From an uncultured Desulfobacter sp. (lineage in GTDB: Bacteria > Desulfobacterota > Desulfobacteria > Desulfobacterales > Desulfobacteraceae), in assembly GCA_963665095.1 (NCBI GenBank), contig OY762069.1, positions 4,000,001 through 4,064,000 on the forward strand: a stretch of 64,000 bases of DNA. Direction: 5' to 3'. The position numbers and the translations under genes were made by a program. Position 1 is the first letter of the stretch. Every line of letters begins with the position of its first letter. Positions 58,816 to 64,000 of this stretch are shown piece after piece. The notes below the pieces were generated by a model. It did not search any database, was not told where the DNA came from, and saw only the letters and a list, made by a program, of their open reading frames with translations.

Positions 58816-60723
58816 ATGGGAAAAATTATTGGCATCGACCTTGGCACAACCAACTCATGTGTTGCGGTTATGGAGACCGGCGGAGAAGCAAAAATTATCA
58901 CCAATGCTGAGGGCGGGCGCACCACCCCGTCCATTGTGGCCCTTACTGAAAGCGGCGAACGCATTGTCGGACAGACAGCCAAGCGACAGGCTGTAACAAA
59001 CCCTGAAAACACCATTTTTGGTGTAAAGCGCCTCATTGGAAGAAAATTCAACTCAAAAGAAGTTCAGGATGATATCCCGGTGCTTCCTTATAAAATTGAA
59101 GCAGCAGGCAACGGCGACACCCGGATTAACCTGAGAGGCAAGCAGTACAGCCCTGCGGAAATTTCTTCATTTATTCTTGCCAATATCAAAAAAACTGCTG
59201 AGGATTATCTTGGAGAAACGGTAACTGAAGCGGTTATTACGGTTCCGGCCTACTTTAATGACAGCCAGCGCCAGGCCACCAAAGATGCAGGCAAAATTGC
59301 CGGTCTGGAAGTTAAACGGATCATTAACGAACCCACTGCTGCCTCACTTGCCTATGGACTGGATAAAAAAGGTGAGGAAAAAATTGCTGTATTTGACCTT
59401 GGCGGCGGTACATTTGACGTCTCTGTCCTTGAAATCGGAGACGGTGTATTTGAAGTAAAATCAACCTCCGGAGACACCCATCTGGGCGGCGAAGATTTTG
59501 ACTTAAGAATCATCGACCACCTGGCCACTGAATTTAAAAAAGACCAGGGCATTGATTTAAGAACGGATAAAATGGCGCTGCAGCGTCTCAAAGAGGCTGC
59601 AGAAAAAGCAAAAATGGAACTCTCAACTGCTACGGAAACCAGCATTAATCTGCCATTTATTACAGCAGATGCATCCGGCCCCAAACATCTTGACATGAAG
59701 CTGACCCGGGCAAAACTGGAATCACTGGTTTCAGACCTCCTGGACAACCTGGAAATTCCCTGCGTCACTGCACTCAAAGAAGCCCATTTAAAAGCGGGTG
59801 AAATAGACGAAGTTGTACTTGTCGGGGGCATGACCCGCATGCCTGCAGTTCAGGAACGGGTGGAAAAAATCTTTGGGAAAAAACCCCACAAGGGAGTGAA
59901 TCCGGATGAGGTTGTAGCCATGGGCGCTGCCGTCCAGGCCGGTGTACTCCAGGGAGACGTCAACGACGTACTTCTGCTGGACGTAACCCCTCTTTCCTTG
60001 GGCATTGAAACGCTTGGCGGCGTTATGACCAAGCTTATTGACAAAAATACCACCATCCCCACCAAAAAGAGCCAGGTGTTCTCCACGGCAGCGGATAACC
60101 AGCCGGCTGTCTCCATCCATGTTCTTCAGGGCGAACGTCAGATGGCAGCGGACAATAAAACCCTGGGCCAGTTTGAACTCAGCGATATTCCGCCAGCTCC
60201 CAGAGGGGTTCCCCAGATTGAGGTGACCTTTGACATTGATGCCAACGGTATTGTGCATGTATCTGCCAAGGACAAGGCAACCGGCAAGGAACAGTCCATC
60301 CAGATCACAGCAGCTTCCGGCTTAAATGATGATGAAATCCAGCGCATGGTAAAAGATGCGGAACTCCATGCCGAAGAAGACAAGAAAAAACGGGAACTGG
60401 TGGACACCAGAAATCAGGCGGAAGCTCTGGTGGACCAGACCGAAAAAACCCTGAAAGAGCATGGAGATAAAGTGGATGACGCCACTAGAAAATCCATTGA
60501 AGATGCGGCCCAGGCCCTGAAACAGGTTAAGGATTCAGATAACATTGAGGATATCAAGGCCAAAATTGAAGCCCTTTCCCAGGCGTCACATAAACTGGCC
60601 GAGGTCATGTATCAGCAGGCCCAGTCAGACTCTGGAGCAGCTCAGGGAGAACCCGAGGGTGCTGCTGGTGACGACGATGATGTTGTGGATGCCGACTTTG
60701 AAGAGGTCAAAAAAGACAAATAA
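58816..60723 (+). CDS. dnaK: Chaperone DnaK
   Basis: [35 protein letters not shown]. Confidence 0.98.
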   Translation: MGKIIGIDLGTTNSCVAVMETGGEAKIITNAEGGRTTPSIVALTESGERIVGQTAKRQAVTNPENTIFGVKRLIGRKFNSKEVQDDIPVLPYKIEAAGNGDTRINLRGKQYSPAEISSFILANIKKTAEDYLGETVTEAVITVPAYFNDSQRQATKDAGKIAGLEVKRIINEPTAASLAYGLDKKGEEKIAVFDLGGGTFDVSVLEIGDGVFEVKSTSGDTHLGGEDFDLRIIDHLATEFKKDQGIDLRTDKMALQRLKEAAEKAKMELSTATETSINLPFITADASGPKHLDMKLTRAKLESLVSDLLDNLEIPCVTALKEAHLKAGEIDEVVLVGGMTRMPAVQERVEKIFGKKPHKGVNPDEVVAMGAAVQAGVLQGDVNDVLLLDVTPLSLGIETLGGVMTKLIDKNTTIPTKKSQVFSTAADNQPAVSIHVLQGERQMAADNKTLGQFELSDIPPAPRGVPQIEVTFDIDANGIVHVSAKDKATGKEQSIQITAASGLNDDEIQRMVKDAELHAEEDKKKRELVDTRNQAEALVDQTEKTLKEHGDKVDDATRKSIEDAAQALKQVKDSDNIEDIKAKIEALSQASHKLAEVMYQQAQSDSGAAQGEPEGAAGDDDDVVDADFEEVKKDK

Positions 60724-60762
60724 CTGACCCTCCCGGAACACCGGGGATTTAATGTTGAATAT

Positions 60763-60802
60763 AATCCTGCCGTGATCTATATTGATCCGGCAGGATTTTT
60801 TT
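60763..60802 (+). terminator. Intrinsic terminator after dnaK
   Basis: AATCCTGCCG...CGGCAGGATT followed by TTTTT. Confidence 0.75.
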
Positions 60803-60868
60803 AAGGGATCGCTGAAAAATCAGAAACTAAACAAAAATACTAAATTTAAGAAGAAAACTCTCTTTTTT

Positions 60869-62458
60869 ATGATCATCACCGATATACTCCGTCAAAATAA
60901 CACACTGTATCCAGATCAGACCGCATTGATTGAACGAATACCGTCCACAGGTGCCCGTACGCAGATCACCTGGTCCGGATTTTACAGACAAAGCATTCAA
61001 ACAGCCAATGCCTTGATAACCAGGGGCATTAAAAAGGGAGACAAAGTTGTTCAGCTGATGACCAACTCCCTGGGCTGGCTGCCCATCTATTTCGGGGTAT
61101 TGAACACCGGTGCCTGGATTGTTCCTTTAAATTTCAGATTTGAATCAGATAAAATCCGGTTGTGTACGCTGACATCAGAGGCCAGGGCCTTTTTCTTCGG
61201 CCCGGAATTTGTTCAGCGGCTGGAAACCATTCGGCATGAGTTATCCCAATCTGTGGAACTATGGATTTTCACTGGCCCTGAAGAGGCATGTCCTGAATGG
61301 GCCTGCCCCTATACAAAATTTATCTGTGAGGCCGATGATCAGGCAGTACCGGATCCTGACCTGACCCCTGAAGATGATGCCGCCCTTTATTTTACCTCCG
61401 GCACTACGGGAACACCCAAGGCCGTGCTTCACACACACAAGGCGCTCATGCACGCCTGCCATGTGGAAAACGCCCACCACAGCCAGACCCATGATGATAT
61501 ATTCCTGTGCATCCCCCCGCTTTATCATACAGGGGCCAAGATGCACTGGATGGGATCTTTTCTTGTAGGGGGCAAATGCGTTCTGCTCAACGGTGTCAAG
61601 CCGGAGTGGATTATTGAAGCAGTCTCCGAAGAAAAATGTACCATTGCCTGGCTGCTGGTCCCCTGGGCCCATGATATCCTTATTGCCATTGACTCCGGCC
61701 GTATCAATCTTGATGACTACACCCTTTCCCAGTGGCGGCTCATGCACATAGGCGCCCAGCCGGTTCCACCCAGCCTGATAGAAAACTGGCACAAGCATTT
61801 TCCAAACCAGGATTATGACACCAATTACGGCCTGACAGAATCCTCAGGGCCCGGCTGCGTTCATTTAGGTGTTGAAAATGCGGACCGGATCGGTCCCATT
61901 GGTATTCCCGGCCATGGCTGGGAAGCCCAGATTGTGGACAAGCAGGGCGCCCATCTGCCATTTGGGGAAACCGGAGAACTTATTGTCAAAGGGGACGGGG
62001 TCATGAAAGAGTACTATAAAAACCCCGAAGCGACTGAAAAAACGATTAAAGACGGTTGGTTGTTTACCGGCGACATTGCCAGATATGACAAGGACGGCTT
62101 TATCTGGCTGGTGGACCGTAAAAAGGATGTGATCATCTACGGGGGCGAGAACATTTTCCCCGTGGAAATTGAAAACTTTTTCCTCAAGCATGAAAAAATC
62201 AGGGATATTGCCGTGATCGGCGTCCCTGACGAGCGTTTAGGGGAACTGCCTGCCGGCATTATCAGCCCTAAACCCAATACCATGATGTGCGAGCAGGACG
62301 TAATTGATTTCCAGCAGTCTCTGCCCAGATACAAACAGTTGAAAAAAATATTTTTTGGGGATGTCCCGAGGAATCCCACAGGCAAAATAGAGAAGCCTAA
62401 ACTGCGCAGGATTTATGCTGAGGATAAACGGAAAGCAATGGCCCTATTACTTAAATAA
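60869..62458 (+). CDS. Acyl-CoA synthetase (AMP-binding)
   Basis: YFTSGTTGTPK, YGLTE, GWLFTGD, PRNPTGK; start probably ATG 60869. Confidence 0.92.
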   Translation: MIITDILRQNNTLYPDQTALIERIPSTGARTQITWSGFYRQSIQTANALITRGIKKGDKVVQLMTNSLGWLPIYFGVLNTGAWIVPLNFRFESDKIRLCTLTSEARAFFFGPEFVQRLETIRHELSQSVELWIFTGPEEACPEWACPYTKFICEADDQAVPDPDLTPEDDAALYFTSGTTGTPKAVLHTHKALMHACHVENAHHSQTHDDIFLCIPPLYHTGAKMHWMGSFLVGGKCVLLNGVKPEWIIEAVSEEKCTIAWLLVPWAHDILIAIDSGRINLDDYTLSQWRLMHIGAQPVPPSLIENWHKHFPNQDYDTNYGLTESSGPGCVHLGVENADRIGPIGIPGHGWEAQIVDKQGAHLPFGETGELIVKGDGVMKEYYKNPEATEKTIKDGWLFTGDIARYDKDGFIWLVDRKKDVIIYGGENIFPVEIENFFLKHEKIRDIAVIGVPDERLGELPAGIISPKPNTMMCEQDVIDFQQSLPRYKQLKKIFFGDVPRNPTGKIEKPKLRRIYAEDKRKAMALLLK

Positions 62459-62492
62459 GCTCCGTACAAAAGTATAGCATCGGGAAAATAAA

Positions 62493-63164
62493 ATGAAGCA
62501 TTTGATAAGGTTTATGTTGGCCCTTGTAACCGCCGGGTTTTGTGCTGTGCTGATAATGACGGCACAGTGTATGGCTGCAGAGACACAAGGCGTTGAGGTG
62601 GGAAAACTTCTGGCAGGCATTGAATCAAAGTATGCCAACAAGGGATTTTCAGCTGATTTCAGCCAGGCTTCCCGGCTGACAGCCCTGGACATGACAGAGA
62701 CGGCAAAAGGCAAAGCCTGGTTCAGCCATCCTGGAAAAATGAAATGGGTCTATGAAGGGGAGGACCACCATGAAATCATTACCAACGGGCAACACCTGTG
62801 GATCTATCGTCCAGAAGAAAACCAGGTGATGATAGGCAATGCCGAAGCCTTTTTTAAATCCGGTTCCGGCGGTGCGTTTTTATCAGATATCCGACAAATT
62901 AGAAGTGATTTCACCATTGAACCGGGAAAATCAGAGGCAAATTCTGAAGAACTGATTCTCACACCCAAAAAGGAGAGCCCGGATCTGGTAAAAGTGTATA
63001 TCACGGTTGCACTTCCCGAATATGAAATCCCCATGGTGGTGACTGAAAATGCATATGGAGACACCACCCGGTTCGTGTTTACCAATATCAGATTTAACAC
63101 ACCGGACACACAGCTCTTTGAATTTACCATTCCGCAGGGAACCGAAATTATAAAGATGGACTGA
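62493..63164 (+). CDS. lolA: Outer membrane lipoprotein carrier LolA
   Basis: Signal peptide; FSADFSQ, PGKMKW.Y, I.TNG..LWIY.PE.NQV. Confidence 0.85.
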   Translation: MKHLIRFMLALVTAGFCAVLIMTAQCMAAETQGVEVGKLLAGIESKYANKGFSADFSQASRLTALDMTETAKGKAWFSHPGKMKWVYEGEDHHEIITNGQHLWIYRPEENQVMIGNAEAFFKSGSGGAFLSDIRQIRSDFTIEPGKSEANSEELILTPKKESPDLVKVYITVALPEYEIPMVVTENAYGDTTRFVFTNIRFNTPDTQLFEFTIPQGTEIIKMD

Positions 63165-64000
63165 TGAATACTACAAATCTTTCGCTGCAACAGCAGATCA
63201 GACAACTTGCCAAAGAGAAAAATGCCATCATTCTGGCACATAATTACCAGCCTGCAGATATTCAGGATATTGCGGACCTGTGCGGTGACTCCCTTGAAAT
63301 GAGCATCAGGGCGGCTGCCACAGATGCCGACATCATTGTGTGCTGCGGAGTCCGTTTCATGGCGGAAACTGCGGCCATCCTCTGCCCGGACAAAACCGTG
63401 CTTATGCCCAATCCCGATGCCGGCTGCCCCATGGCGGACATGGTCACCCCTGACGCCCTGACAAAGCGCAAAGATGAACTTGGGGGGATACCTGTTATCA
63501 CCTATGTCAACTCATCCGCAGCTGTCAAGGCCGTGTCCGACATCTGCTGCACCTCGGCCAATGTGGTCAAGGTAGTAAATGCCCTGGATGCAGCTGAGGT
63601 ACTCATGACGCCGGACAAAAATCTGGCCCGGTATGCCGCAGCCAACACCGACAAGAAAGTTCACCTGTGGCAGGGTTTCTGTCCCTTTCACAACGACCTG
63701 AGTGTTGAGGATGTGAAGGCAGCCAGAGCTGCTCACCCCAACGCGTTGTTTGTGGCCCATCCGGAATGTACCCCGTCGGTACTTGCACTGGCAGACAGCA
63801 TCCAGTCCACATCCGGGATGATCCGGTTTGCCGCTGAAAGCACAGCCACTGAATTCATCCTGGGCACCGAAACCGGCCTGATCCATCCCATCTCCAAGGC
63901 CCATCCTGAAAAAACCTTCTTCGCAGCATCAGAGCAGCTTTTGTGCACAGACATGAAAAAAACACGGATGGAAGATGTCTTAACCTGCCTTGAGACCCTG
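63164..64000 (+). CDS. nadA: Quinolinate synthase (truncated by window end)
   Basis: From ATG 63164: ILAHNYQ, GDSL, CGVRFMAETA, AGCPMADM, TYVNS, CTSAN, AHPEC; absent from the ORF track because there is no stop in the window. Confidence 0.93.
   Translation, partial: MNTTNLSLQQQIRQLAKEKNAIILAHNYQPADIQDIADLCGDSLEMSIRAAATDADIIVCCGVRFMAETAAILCPDKTVLMPNPDAGCPMADMVTPDALTKRKDELGGIPVITYVNSSAAVKAVSDICCTSANVVKVVNALDAAEVLMTPDKNLARYAAANTDKKVHLWQGFCPFHNDLSVEDVKAARAAHPNALFVAHPECTPSVLALADSIQSTSGMIRFAAESTATEFILGTETGLIHPISKAHPEKTFFAASEQLLCTDMKKTRMEDVLTCLETL

Overview
Bacterial chromosomal window, most likely from a Desulfobacteraceae-type (Desulfobacter-like) sulfate reducer; this is inferred from gene content and style and was not checked against a database. 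Housekeeping genes: AcrAB/OprM-type efflux, fbaA, nadE, sbcCD, pldA, Ktr/Trk K+ uptake, SRP RNA, grpE-dnaK, lolA and partial nadA. Four accessory modules stand out. (1) A 13 kb acyl-CoA catabolic cluster (12.2-25.5 kb): two family III CoA-transferases, a CoA ligase, a beta-oxidation set and an OFA-type MFS. Its five TTGACA promoters all carry a helically phased TARYTA-type repeat array. It has no classical regulator gene, only a small DUF2080-like protein flanked by two paralogous GNATs. (2) An ECF sigma operon with a CBM48-type anti-sigma and a CBM48-type lipoprotein. (3) An eroded IS481-like element whose ORF is intact but has lost its catalytic motifs. (4) A sigma54-controlled operon with a clear -24/-12 site and three TGATTC-N6-GAATCA enhancer-like palindromes. 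It encodes a polyamine-type ABC importer, a small protein with a probable ATT start, an 820-aa tandem KamA-like radical SAM protein (one intact domain, one degenerate) and a cytoplasmic M23-type hydrolase, next to an OYE-family flavoenzyme. Modules 4 and 1 are the best candidates for undescribed systems. A family of palindromic REP/MITE-like repeats recurs at gene 3' ends. No rRNA, tRNA or CRISPR array was seen.
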